46,863 bases of DNA from Lentisphaerota bacterium. GTDB taxonomy: Bacteria; Verrucomicrobiota; Kiritimatiellia; RFP12; JAAYLN01. Below, in pieces: positions 35,401 to 43,552 of the stretch; position 1 is the first letter of the stretch; every line of letters starts with the position of its first letter. The stretch spans positions 1 to 46,863 of the forward strand of contig JAAYLN010000019.1 of NCBI GenBank assembly GCA_012521875.1, read 5' to 3'. Under the pieces are notes generated by a model that saw only the letters and a program-made list of their open reading frames with translations, did not search any database and was not told the DNA's origin. The translations under genes were made by a program, and so were the position numbers.

Positions 35401-35556
35401 ATAGAGCTTCTGCAGGCCATCGACATAGCGCAGCTCCTCTTCCAGCTTATCGCCTGCCGAGCCGGCCTGCTGGGCACAGACGGCGGTCGCCAATAGTGCG
35501 AACACCAGGGCTGCCCTGCGGCAAATCGGGCCCAGGGACACGAATCCACGTTCCAT
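32461..35556 (-). CDS. Giant secreted tetratricopeptide-repeat protein (about 1,030 aa)
   Basis: The signal-like N-terminus is RRAALVFALLATAVCAQQ. TPR-type A/Y/L helical repeats run throughout (for example YYAYTKYPEAMGYYEDF, YKEQDYPAALSYFRQV, GRYAEAVDALKAF). It is first in the ExbBD operon. The start is either the ATG at 35556 or the GTG at 35595. Confidence 0.75.
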   Translation of the reverse strand: MERGFVSLGPICRRAALVFALLATAVCAQQAGSAGDKLEEELRYVDGLQKLYLMDLADEVMAVVEREYPEAKAKLAVRRIRGELGTGQFDAVKQRIAAMKDQDGAEAWAMKLALADAYYAYTKYPEAMGYYEDFFKRFAKETPAALQSFYNESAYKYAQMLLYLKKDKEALAAYRRVLDGKLEQHVERQCRAEMADVALRVVADIKDAKERENLLKDIESWADKLLWVQDIWFGKAIVIKAHVAMLRGKPDEAKKLVDDYMSTLQTIHQALVELEAETGDPLTRVSPMSECRYLLAVMLQEEADRLMKEPGYDKEAVLSLLVGTRGKDGKRQGNGAYQHFINVFFKYPESAWAAQAGERAEQVRLIITEVFGGNIAIQIKPEDIARVRTLQFRDARMLFSQGQIKNATESLLRVLNQFPDAPECVPALGDLMRCYVQGIEEDPAAELYADTVAGHLAERFSQNPETRGTTGDELVRLAEYWLEATGRADKRSAVYDLFFENCPDHAMAPNYMLSFGERHYKEQDYPAALSYFRQVANNYSNTAVAFAALNRIATIHEETGDITNQLAAITHYVDRLAASDKPSQELMNARYRQASAYKDYGISLLRNASTNAAEQALGNQWIARAAVAYNQLAGILKKSDNPYQANEKERKANASLLEAALYNMAYCLSQVTQPEANLPAIRKRAIEAYEGLVTAFPKSPLAPTALIQVGSLWTIMRDAEKAEATLSRLLKDYPDSPEARSALPLIADNLMKLGMRAEAVARYRDMFAETGSKYGDLDLLRAAQALTEAGEYELAQQGLDRVLGRAKDPSVVVPARLAQGNLLLKRGRYAEAVDALKAFINEFSGYALMLDANVLLSDAASEAGKLEQDDEKRKDLFNEAIEAQKAVRQRRTNQVDMARSDIEVGRIMARKAEAEVAFNKPRAADESRGKALISYQTFIDTTDPANLALAPLLETAYYESVPLLLAHRQWLMAAENCEAYLQSFPRGRYLGQMRSWLNQAHIELGTGPKGGGAASPAPSPVAGASGGAAAP

Positions 35557-35688
35557 GCCGCCTTTATACTCTTTTTTGGGGACGGGGGTCAACACTCTTT
35601 CGTCCCTTACCCCTTAAAAAAATGAAATCGGTGCTCCGCCGGCTTTTCCGCGTTGTCGCCGCCGCCCGGATCGGCTACCCTCTCCGGC

Positions 35689-36462
35689 ATGTCCCGGATG
35701 AACGCTTTTCGCATCGTACTAATCGAGCCCTTATATAGTGGTAACGTGGGCGCAATCTGCCGCGCCATGGCCAACATGGGGTTTTCAGACCTCACGCTGG
35801 TCGCCCCCCGCATTGTCGACGGCTGGGAGGAGGGCGGGAAACTGGCGGTACACGCGGGCGGCCTGCTGCAGCGCCGCCGCGAGGTGGCCACCCTGGACGA
35901 GGCCGTGGCCGACTGCACCGCCGTGGTCGGGACGACGGCGCGCCTGGGCCTCTACCGCCAGCATGTGCGCACGCCGCGCGAGTGGGCGCCGGAACTGCTG
36001 CAGACCGCCACCCGGGGGCGCGTGGCGCTGGTCTTCGGCCGCGAGGACAACGGACTGGAGAACGACGAGGTGGCGCGCTGCACCCACCTGATCCGCATTC
36101 CCACCAGTACGGACTACGTCTCCATCAACCTGGCCCAGGCCGTGATGATCTGCTGCTACGAGCTCTTCGTGGCCGGGGGCGTATTCGAGGTGCCCGGGGA
36201 GAAGTCGCCCCCCGCCCCCGCCGCGCAGCGCAACCGCCTGCTGACGCTCTGGCGGCAGGCCATGCTGGCCATCGGCTTCATGCACGAGGAGAAGGCCGAC
36301 CACATGATGCAGGGCTTCCAGCGCATCTTCTCGCGTGGCGTGAAGAGCGAGGATGATGCGCACATCATGATGGGCGTCGCGCGGCAGTCCCTGTGGGCCG
36401 CCGGGCACAATACACGCTGGAGACCGCCGGAACCGCCCGGCGGTTCCGGCGTGATCGGTTAG
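35689..36462 (+). CDS. trmJ: SpoU/TrmH-class RNA 2'-O-methyltransferase, TrmJ-like
   Basis: The N-terminus FRIVLIEPLYSGNVGAICRAMANMGF is characteristic of TrmJ. Also present are ALVFGREDNGL and IPTSTDYVSINLAQAV (SPOUT knot motifs). The start is ATG 35689 or 35698. Confidence 0.75.
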   Translation: MSRMNAFRIVLIEPLYSGNVGAICRAMANMGFSDLTLVAPRIVDGWEEGGKLAVHAGGLLQRRREVATLDEAVADCTAVVGTTARLGLYRQHVRTPREWAPELLQTATRGRVALVFGREDNGLENDEVARCTHLIRIPTSTDYVSINLAQAVMICCYELFVAGGVFEVPGEKSPPAPAAQRNRLLTLWRQAMLAIGFMHEEKADHMMQGFQRIFSRGVKSEDDAHIMMGVARQSLWAAGHNTRWRPPEPPGGSGVIG

Positions 36463-36507
36463 CGGCAGAGGGTGCGGGAAGCGGAAAGGACGCGAATCAC
36501 ATTCGGC

Positions 36508-37062
36508 CTATTTCACCCACGCATCAAAAGCGGCAACACCTCTGCTGCCCACCTCGTTGCGGGCGCTTGTGCTGACCGTCTCGCCCTTGGCATTGACGAT
36601 AATCAGGGCGGGGACACCGCGAACACCGAACTTCCGCTTAAGTTCCGCAACCTTGGGCGAACCATAGGGCACGGCGAGCCACGGCATCCCGGCATACTGC
36701 ATGTAGCTCATCATCGCCTTCTCGCCCAGATCGCTACTGACAAAGACGATCTCGAAGGGCTTGCCTGCGCCAGTGACAGCCTTGTGGAACTCCACTAGCC
36801 TGGGCGTGAAGACGCGGCAGGGAGGGCATCTGTAGGCCGCGAAATATATGCCGACCAGCTTGCCGTCAAGCTTGTCCACTGCCACCTTCTCCCCCTTGGC
36901 GTTGCGCAGTTCCTGCCCGAACAGCGCGGCCATGACCGACCCTGCCGGCTTGGTTGCTGCCTCCGGCGCCGCTTCCTCGCCCTTTTGCCTGATAATGAGC
37001 ATGCCAAGCAAAAGCCCGAACACCAGAACCGGGGCGATCCATAGCTTGCGTGTTATCTTCAT
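36508..37062 (-). CDS. Membrane-anchored/secreted thioredoxin-fold protein (TlpA/nucleoredoxin-like, CPPC active site)
   Basis: MKITRKLWIAPVLVFGLLLGMLII is a signal anchor. GKLVGIYFAAYRCPPCRVFTP is a thioredoxin CxxC motif. VRGVPALIIV is the cis-Pro loop region. Confidence 0.75.
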   Translation of the reverse strand: MKITRKLWIAPVLVFGLLLGMLIIRQKGEEAAPEAATKPAGSVMAALFGQELRNAKGEKVAVDKLDGKLVGIYFAAYRCPPCRVFTPRLVEFHKAVTGAGKPFEIVFVSSDLGEKAMMSYMQYAGMPWLAVPYGSPKVAELKRKFGVRGVPALIIVNAKGETVSTSARNEVGSRGVAAFDAWVK

Positions 37063-37256
37063 TCTGTTCTCTCTCGCATGTCCTGGCCCATCTGTCCGAA
37101 ACAGAAAGCCATCCAGTCCCCTCAAGCTTGCAAAAAGCGATCATGAACTTACAAAACCATAAAGCATCCAGACCTGTGCGGCAATCCTATTCCCTGCAAT
37201 CGGTTAGCCACAGGGGGCGTGCGGAGGGCTCACGAAAGGTGGGCGGTGCGGCTCCC

Positions 37257-37949
37257 CCACTTTGTCGCAAGCTTTGTCGGTAACTTTGTCGCCTTCGTCG
37301 AACGTGGAAGATTAAGCTGGTGGAGTAAGCGTGCCGTTGAAGAGTGAGTTTAAGTGCGGAGTTTAAGTGGGTGCTCCGCTCCAACACTTTGTCTCCACAC
37401 CTTGTCCCCACGCTTGGTCGGCTACGCTTCGTCTCCACACTTTGTCCCTACGCTTTGTCGAAAGCAACAGGAGAGCTGATGGGTGGCTTTTCGTCCTCGT
37501 CCTCGTCCTCGTCCTCGTTCTCGAGCCCCGGTACTGCCGGTACTGCCGGTACTGCCGACGGGTGGCGACAGGTATCGACAGGTGGCGACAGGATCGATGG
37601 CCAGCGACAAATGCCGCCCAGAGTGGCGCGGACATTCCTGTCTGCGCGCGTCCACGAGGGCAGACAGGAATGTCTGCCCCACACTATCACGCTCCATCGC
37701 AGCGGCTAGCCGGGACGGCGTCGCCCCACCTGTGCTGGCGCGCCTTTGCGGAAGCACACCAAACACTCGACCCCCATCGACCACAGCCACCCCCGGCGAC
37801 CCCCGTCGAGGCTGGCTGTCGACGGTGCCGACAAGCTATGACAAACGGGGCTTGCTATCGACGGGGCGACACTGCCTACTGCCTACTGCCTACTGCCCCT
37901 GCCTACTGCTACTCCCCCACCCTTCCTGCCTTCCTGATTTCCTGATTTG
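37257..37949 (+). repeat. Mosaic intergenic repeat block (b-c-d-(CGTCCT)n-f'-palindrome-f tail-word runs)
   Basis: Modules in order: b (37257-37304); c (37310-37380); d (37382-37465); (tcgtcc)x5; gagccccggtactgccggtactgccggtactgccg; ggtggcgacaggtatcgacaggtggcgacagg; the palindrome module (37619-37700); gcggctagccgggacggcgtcgccccacctgtgctggcgcgcc; (ctactgc)n; ccttcctgccttcctgatttcctgatttg. Confidence 0.9.
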
Positions 37950-37953
37950 AAAA

Positions 37954-38716
37954 ACCAGTCGCAGCCACCGCACCGCGCCTGTTTCCGCGCACAGCACCGC
38001 CCAATAACAAATCTAAAATCTCCCCTCCCACATCCCTCCCACCGCCAAAATCATGGCAATCCTGAAATCCTGTCAAAATTACCAGTCGCCGCCACCGCAC
38101 CGCGCCTGCTTCCGCGCCAATCCGCGACATCCGTAGCTAAAAAACCAGTCGCCGCCACCGCACCGCGCCTGTTTCCGTGCGCAGCCCCCCCCTCCGCCAC
38201 GCGCCAAAACCAGAACCCTCCCCGGCATTACCGCCAACCAAAACAATCATGCAATCCTGAAATCCTGTCAAAAATACCAGTCGCAGCCACCGCACCGCGC
38301 CTGTTTCCGCGCGCAGCACCACCAATCACAAATCACAAATCGCAAATCTAAAATTCCCCCTCCCCGCGCACCGCCAAAATCATGGCAATCCTGAAATCCT
38401 GTCAAAAATACCAGTCGCAGCCACCGCACCGCGCCTGACCCAGCGCAAATCCGCGAAATCCGTAGCTAAAACACCAGTCGCCGCCACCGCATCGTGCCTG
38501 CTTCAGCGCGCAGCTCCCCCCCACTCACAAATCGCAAATCTAAAATTCCCGCGCCTCTGCGCCTCCGTGCCTCCGTGAGAGACTTCCCCGCAGCCACCGC
38601 ACCGCGCCTGCCTCAGCGCGCAGCTCCCCAATCACAGTCTAAAATCACAAATCTAAAATTCCCGCACCTCCGTGCCTCCGTGCCTCCGTGAGGGACTCCC
38701 CCGCCGCCACCGCGGG
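37954..38716 (+). repeat. Higher-order tandem array of a 28-nt unit ACCAGTCGC(A/C)GCCACCGCACCGCGCCTG (six full copies, two partial); not a CRISPR
   Basis: Full copies start at 37954, 38081, 38144, 38276, 38410 and 38473. Truncated copies lie at 38589 and about 38700. Spacings alternate between about 63 and about 127-134 nt. The inter-unit segments are themselves repeated (ccgccaaaatcatggcaatcctgaaatcctgtcaaaa; aatccgcgacatccgtagctaaaa; cacaaatcgcaaatctaaaattccc; ctccgtgcctccgtgag). Confidence 0.9.
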
Positions 38717-38718
38717 GT

Positions 38719-38929
38719 GCGAGTCAACTTGGTTGAATCGCACAGAATCCGGTATCCAGAATATTGCAAGGCAGCAATTTGAGTGTTTTGGCGTCCATTC
38801 AGGATGTGTGTCCCAATTGCATGGACACAAAAAGGGAAGCAAAAGGAGGCGCTTTTTCATTCTGAATTCTGGATTCTGGATTCTGGATTCTGGATTCTGG
38901 GTGCGCATCCACTATTGTGGCGCGCACCC
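38719..38929 (-). repeat. Hairpin-bounded element B, a related copy of element A in the opposite orientation
   Basis: The H2-like hairpin is gcgagtcaac-ttg-gttgaatcgc (38719-38741). The H1-like hairpin is gggtgcgc-atccactattgtggc-gcgcaccc (38899-38929). Internal words are cagaatccggtatccagaat and (attctgg)n. The core is partly alignable to the core of element A. Confidence 0.8.
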
Positions 38930-38956
38930 CGCACCGCGCCGCGCTGCAACTGCCGT

Positions 38957-38985
38957 TTGACACAATCAGCGAAATCCTCCATAGT
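38957..38985 (+). promoter_or_regulatory. Candidate promoter TTGACA-17nt-CATAGT upstream of the VTC/DUF4956/CotH operon
   Basis: The sequence reads ttgaca caatcagcgaaatcctc catagt. It lies 33 to 81 nt upstream of the two candidate ATGs (39018, 39066). Confidence 0.25.
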
Positions 38986-39065
38986 AATCAGTTCCGTCCG
39001 GTCTGGGCTCGGGCGGAATGACAAGTGTTTCATCTAGCCGCCCGCACCGTGGGCTCCATAACCGA

Positions 39066-39836
39066 ATGCAGTTGCCATTTCCAGTCGCCGCCGAACCGTA
39101 CCCTCGCGGGGGACGGGATAAGGCTTTCGTCCGCGAGAACAAGTTCGTGGCGTCCGGCACCATGACCGCGGCCGCACTCGACGTGCTGAGGCTCCACTGC
39201 CTGCCGGATCCCAGGTACCCCGAAGGCTGGATCGAGTCGATCTACTTCGATACACCACTGCTTACCGCCTACCGGGAGAAGGCCAACGGCGACAACCTGA
39301 AGCGCAAAATCCGTGTGCGCTGGTACCCGGACACCGATCCCGCCACCGCGCCGCGTCCGCATCCAGAAATCCCCGGCACCACCATCCCGGCCTTCTTCGA
39401 GGTCAAGGACCGCATGGGGGCGGCGCGCGATAAGCTCCATACCGGCTTCCGCATGGATGGCACCATGCTGCAGTATGCCCCCCTTACCGACTCCGATCTG
39501 CTAAGGGCAATCCGGCAACAGGCACAAGCCATGAACGTGGCCATGGCGGAGATGATCGTGCCGACGATCTCCATCCGCTACTACCGCTACCGCCTTGTCT
39601 GCCCCATCACACGGACCCGCATCAGTCTCGACACGCGGCTCGTCTCGGACCGTTGCAACCCCGACCTGATGCCAGGGACGGAGCCGCGGCACATCCCGCA
39701 GATCGTCTGCGAGGCCAAATCCCCCATGCACCGCCACTGGCCGTGGAGCGAGACGCTCTTCCGCCTCGGCTTCCGGTCGTGCAGTTTCTCGAAATACGGC
39801 GAGTTCATCAACCAGCGGATACAAGGAGGACGCTAG
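39066..39836 (+). CDS. VTC-domain (polyphosphate-polymerase-like, triphosphate-tunnel fold) protein
   Basis: RENKFVAS..IESIYFDTPLLTAYREK..LKRKIRVRWY..FFEVKDR..ISIRYYRYRL..RISLDTRL..IVCEAKS..FSKYGEF follows the alternating charged beta-strand pattern of bacterial VTC-domain proteins. The start is ATG 39066 or 39018. Confidence 0.65.
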   Translation: MQLPFPVAAEPYPRGGRDKAFVRENKFVASGTMTAAALDVLRLHCLPDPRYPEGWIESIYFDTPLLTAYREKANGDNLKRKIRVRWYPDTDPATAPRPHPEIPGTTIPAFFEVKDRMGAARDKLHTGFRMDGTMLQYAPLTDSDLLRAIRQQAQAMNVAMAEMIVPTISIRYYRYRLVCPITRTRISLDTRLVSDRCNPDLMPGTEPRHIPQIVCEAKSPMHRHWPWSETLFRLGFRSCSFSKYGEFINQRIQGGR

Positions 39837-39841
39837 CACTC

Positions 39842-40537
39842 ATGAAACACCTCAGCATTCTCGAAGCCCTGGAGGCCTACGAGCAGACCTCCGCGCACCT
39901 TGGACTGGAGCGCTTCGCCGCCGCGCTGGCCGTCTCGCTGGTGGCTGCATTCGTCACGGCGGGCCTCTACCGCCTCTTCTACGAGAACCGCGGCACCGGC
40001 AGCCAGATTTCGCGCTCCTTCGCACTGCTCTCCCTGGCGATCACAACGCTCTTCGTCTGCATCCAGGTGTCGATTCCCCTCTCGCTGGGCCTCATGGGCT
40101 CGCTCTCGATCATCCGCTTCCGCACCCCCATCAAGGAACCCGAGGAGGTGGGCTTCCTGCTGCTGGTGATCGCCTCCTCGGTGGCGGCGGCAACCTACAA
40201 CTTCGCCTTTCTCGTCATCCTCTACATCTTCGCCATCATCAGCCTGCTGATCATGCGGCGGGTGCGCTTCGCCCGCTTCTTCAAGCGCGACGGACTGCTC
40301 GTCATGACACTGCCGGATACCGCCATCGGCAACATGGAGAAGGTCACTGCCGTCCTCGACCGTCACCTGACCCGCCATAGCGTCCAGAGCGCCGCCTCCC
40401 GCGAGGAGAATACAAGTCTCCAGGTGACCTTCTCCGGACTCAAGACCGACGTGGGGCAGCTCCAGGACGATCTGCGGCGGTCGCTGGCGGTCACCTCCGT
40501 CCAAACCTATCTGGATCGTCCCGGCGGCCTGCACTAG
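39842..40537 (+). CDS. DUF4956-family integral membrane protein
   Basis: 231 aa. It has three or four TM helices (FAAALAVSLVAAFVTAGLY, SFALLSLAITTLFVCI, LGLMGSLSIIRFRTPIKEPEEVGFLLLVIASS..). IIRFRT..K.P....F is characteristic of DUF4956. The ATG at 39842 lies 3 nt after the VTC stop. Confidence 0.65.
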   Translation: MKHLSILEALEAYEQTSAHLGLERFAAALAVSLVAAFVTAGLYRLFYENRGTGSQISRSFALLSLAITTLFVCIQVSIPLSLGLMGSLSIIRFRTPIKEPEEVGFLLLVIASSVAAATYNFAFLVILYIFAIISLLIMRRVRFARFFKRDGLLVMTLPDTAIGNMEKVTAVLDRHLTRHSVQSAASREENTSLQVTFSGLKTDVGQLQDDLRRSLAVTSVQTYLDRPGGLH

Positions 40538-40538
40538 C

Positions 40539-43500
40539 ATGAAGAAGCGGCTGCTCAAAGCCACGCTCGTTCTTGCAGGCCCGGGGCTGATCATCGCCCT
40601 GCTGATCAACGCCACCCCATGGCTGATTGATCACCCGCAGGCGCAACTCGACCATGCCATCGCCTCCATCCGGCGCGACCTCTCGCAGCAAGGTCGCCTG
40701 ATCGGGCTCCTGACGTTCGACGAGCCCGTACCGCGCGAGTGGGCAACCGGCAGGCATCTGGTTCAGGCGCCGGGCACGGTCTGTGTGCCGACGCGCTGCG
40801 GTGCCGGACGCAAGTTCGACGGACGCGAGCGCACACATATAGACACAACACTGCGCTGGCATACGCTCGGCAGCAACTACACCATCGCTCTGCGTCTCAC
40901 CATCCGGCCAGGCTCCCATACCCAGGACATCCTCTGCGGTAGCGGCGGCAACCGCCTGACAGGCTTCCGGCTGATAGACGGCAAGATGACCTTCGACGTG
41001 CCCGCCGACAACCGGCAAGCCGCCGCCTATCCCTTCCAGAGCTACGGCAAGCCGATCTGCCTGGCTGCCACGGTCGACAGCCACAACCGGACACTCCGCC
41101 TCTATGAGGATGGACGGCTCATGGCCTCGAACACGGTTGAAACCGTGAGTTGGTCACACTACAACATCTCCTTCGGCAAGCCGCTCTGGTACAGCGCGCA
41201 GCATCCCTTCCACGGGATCATCGACGAGGCGGTCTTCATGACGGGTGTCCTCTCCCCCGCCGGGATACGGCGTCTGACTCAAAGCCGCCGGGGATTTCTA
41301 AGGCACTTCACCGCACCGCGCCGCTACGCCCGGTGGCGGTATGCCCGGAATGCGGCCGATGCCGCAGCCCTGCTGCACCGGCTGATCGACGCCTTCAAGG
41401 CACCCGTGCTCCGCCTCGGGTTGCCACGAAGCGCCACGCCGCCCCTGCCCGTGCTCGGGCTCCACTTATCTGGCGCGGATCAGCGTCACTTCCTGCGCGC
41501 GCACCAGCGCAGCCGCCTCTCGGGACGCCGCACCCAGCCCGCGGCACGGTCACGACGCATACATGCCCGCTTCGGCGGGCGCGTCAGCGAGGCACGGCTC
41601 TTCCTCGACGGCAGCGACATCGCCTACGGCACCTCGCCACGCCCCTCTTTCATGCTCGAACTTCCGGACACCGCCCCCTGTTTCGGCACCACGCGGCTGC
41701 GCCTGCAACCCCCTGAGACGGCGGGCCACACCACCCCCTTCCTGCTCGACCAGCTCCGCCGGCGCTGCGGCCTGCCGACGGCCACCAACGGCTTCTGCCG
41801 CCTGATGCTCAATGGCAACGACTACGGATGCTACATTTTCGAGGATTTCACACGCGACGGTGTCCTGCCCGGCGACACCCCCGATATCGCCAGCGGCAAC
41901 GTCCGCAGGATCGCCGACTTCGGTTCAATCTTCACGGCCGTCGCCACCAGCCGCACCGACCGGCTGATCCACCAGCATCCCTGGCCGCTGACGCGCGCGG
42001 AACTGCTGGCGCTGCACGACGAAGTGGCGGACGAGGTTATCCCCCTGATCGCGGGCGACACACTCTATCCCGAAAGCCTCGATCTCCTGCAAAGGCATTT
42101 GCAGGAGGAACGGCGGCGCGTGGCTGAAACGTGGCCTGCGGCCGATCCCGCCCTGCCGCCGGCACAGCGCTGGGCGCGGTTCCTCAATCCCTTCATGTTC
42201 CTCGGCCGCAACCTCTCGCCCGACCGCCTGACGGAACCACTAAACCTGCATCTGCCCGCCATCCCCGGCATGCAGGTGACCTGGCACAGCTCGCAACCGG
42301 ATGTCATTGACCCGCACACCGGCCATATCACGCGGCCAGACGATAATTCCCCCGTATTGGTCGAGTTGACAGCAGAGGTGGACGACGGCACGAACCGCGC
42401 CACGCGGATCCTCTCCCTGCGTGTCATGCCGCGCCACATCCCCCTGCCAACTGTGGCCCTCCACATCCGCGATGCCGTGGTCAAGACGCGGCGGGTCGAT
42501 GCCATCATCGAGATTTGCGACACCGGTGAAGACCAACCCTCGCGGCGCCTGCATGCCACCCAGGGAGGGCGCGGCGGCGTAAACCACCGCGGCAACACCA
42601 GCTACTGGTACGCAAAAAAACTCCTCACCCTGAAGTTCGACGAACCGCACCAGCTCTTCGGCGACAATGCACGTCTGACTGCACGAACCATCAATTCCAT
42701 GCAGGATCCCGGCTTTCAGAACAACATGCTCGCCTTCGACCTCTTCCGGGCCTTCGGCACACCGGAGGCGCCGCGCTATGCACCGCATGTCCTCCATGCG
42801 GAGTTCTACGTGAACGGTGCCTACCAGGGGCTCTTCGAACTCTGCACGCGGCTCGACGAGGAGCTGATACCCGGCAAGGGGTTGATCGTCTACCGCCACG
42901 AGAATCTCAAGCCGCGCCTTATGCCCTTCCGCGCCGCGCGCCCACCCCGCCGCGACGGCGACTTCATGGCACCATTCCTTGAACTGCAGCAGACCGTGGA
43001 TACAACACCCCCGGGCGATTGGATCAACCAGATCGGCCGGCACATCGATTTCGCCAGCGTCATTGACTACCAACTGCTGCTGAATGTCATGCAGAACCAC
43101 AACGGAGAACCCTTCAAGTTCTGGTTCCACGACGCCCTCATATATCAACCCGGCAGCCAGCCGCCCTTCGCGCACGTGCCATGGGACTTCGATAGAGGCC
43201 TCAACGCACGCCCCTGGTCCTGGATCGAGAACGACCTGATGCGGCGCATGGCTACCGATCTGCCCGGCTACAGGCAAAGATGCGCGGCACGCTGGCGCCT
43301 CCTGCGCGCAGGCCCGCTGGCCGACGAAGCCGTTGATGAGCGACTCGCCAGACAAGCCGCCATACTGGTTCCCTACATCGCGCATGATCACCGGCGCTGG
43401 AACTACGGCTATCCCGACGCCGTGGCGGCGGCACTGGAAGGAAAACGCACCGTGGTACTCCGCAACCTGCACGAGATCGACCGGTTGATGGACACGGCAG

Positions 43501-43544
43501 AAGAGGCAGCGGAAGCTCACGCTAAGGCGCGAAGCGGCGAATGA
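40539..43544 (+). CDS. Membrane-anchored LamG-domain / CotH-family atypical kinase-like protein
   Basis: 1,001 aa. The signal anchor is LKATLVLAGPGLIIALLI. A concanavalin/LamG-like segment follows (LRLYEDGRLMASN..FHGIIDEAVFMTGVLSPAGIRRL). The C-terminal CotH-like region has NNMLAFDLFRAFG..HAEFYVNGAYQGLFEL and NHNGEPFKFWFHDA..PWDFDRGL. The ATG lies 1 nt after the DUF4956 stop. Confidence 0.7.
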   Translation: MKKRLLKATLVLAGPGLIIALLINATPWLIDHPQAQLDHAIASIRRDLSQQGRLIGLLTFDEPVPREWATGRHLVQAPGTVCVPTRCGAGRKFDGRERTHIDTTLRWHTLGSNYTIALRLTIRPGSHTQDILCGSGGNRLTGFRLIDGKMTFDVPADNRQAAAYPFQSYGKPICLAATVDSHNRTLRLYEDGRLMASNTVETVSWSHYNISFGKPLWYSAQHPFHGIIDEAVFMTGVLSPAGIRRLTQSRRGFLRHFTAPRRYARWRYARNAADAAALLHRLIDAFKAPVLRLGLPRSATPPLPVLGLHLSGADQRHFLRAHQRSRLSGRRTQPAARSRRIHARFGGRVSEARLFLDGSDIAYGTSPRPSFMLELPDTAPCFGTTRLRLQPPETAGHTTPFLLDQLRRRCGLPTATNGFCRLMLNGNDYGCYIFEDFTRDGVLPGDTPDIASGNVRRIADFGSIFTAVATSRTDRLIHQHPWPLTRAELLALHDEVADEVIPLIAGDTLYPESLDLLQRHLQEERRRVAETWPAADPALPPAQRWARFLNPFMFLGRNLSPDRLTEPLNLHLPAIPGMQVTWHSSQPDVIDPHTGHITRPDDNSPVLVELTAEVDDGTNRATRILSLRVMPRHIPLPTVALHIRDAVVKTRRVDAIIEICDTGEDQPSRRLHATQGGRGGVNHRGNTSYWYAKKLLTLKFDEPHQLFGDNARLTARTINSMQDPGFQNNMLAFDLFRAFGTPEAPRYAPHVLHAEFYVNGAYQGLFELCTRLDEELIPGKGLIVYRHENLKPRLMPFRAARPPRRDGDFMAPFLELQQTVDTTPPGDWINQIGRHIDFASVIDYQLLLNVMQNHNGEPFKFWFHDALIYQPGSQPPFAHVPWDFDRGLNARPWSWIENDLMRRMATDLPGYRQRCAARWRLLRAGPLADEAVDERLARQAAILVPYIAHDHRRWNYGYPDAVAAALEGKRTVVLRNLHEIDRLMDTAEEAAEAHAKARSGE

Positions 43545-43552
43545 AGGGGACA

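Noticed and set aside
37954-38716. Possible CRISPR array (28-nt direct repeats)
   Set aside because: The spacing is irregular (63 versus 127-134 nt). The spacers are not unique: they recur within the array and consist of the same word repeats found elsewhere in the window. The repeat has no dyad symmetry, and there are no cas genes in the window.
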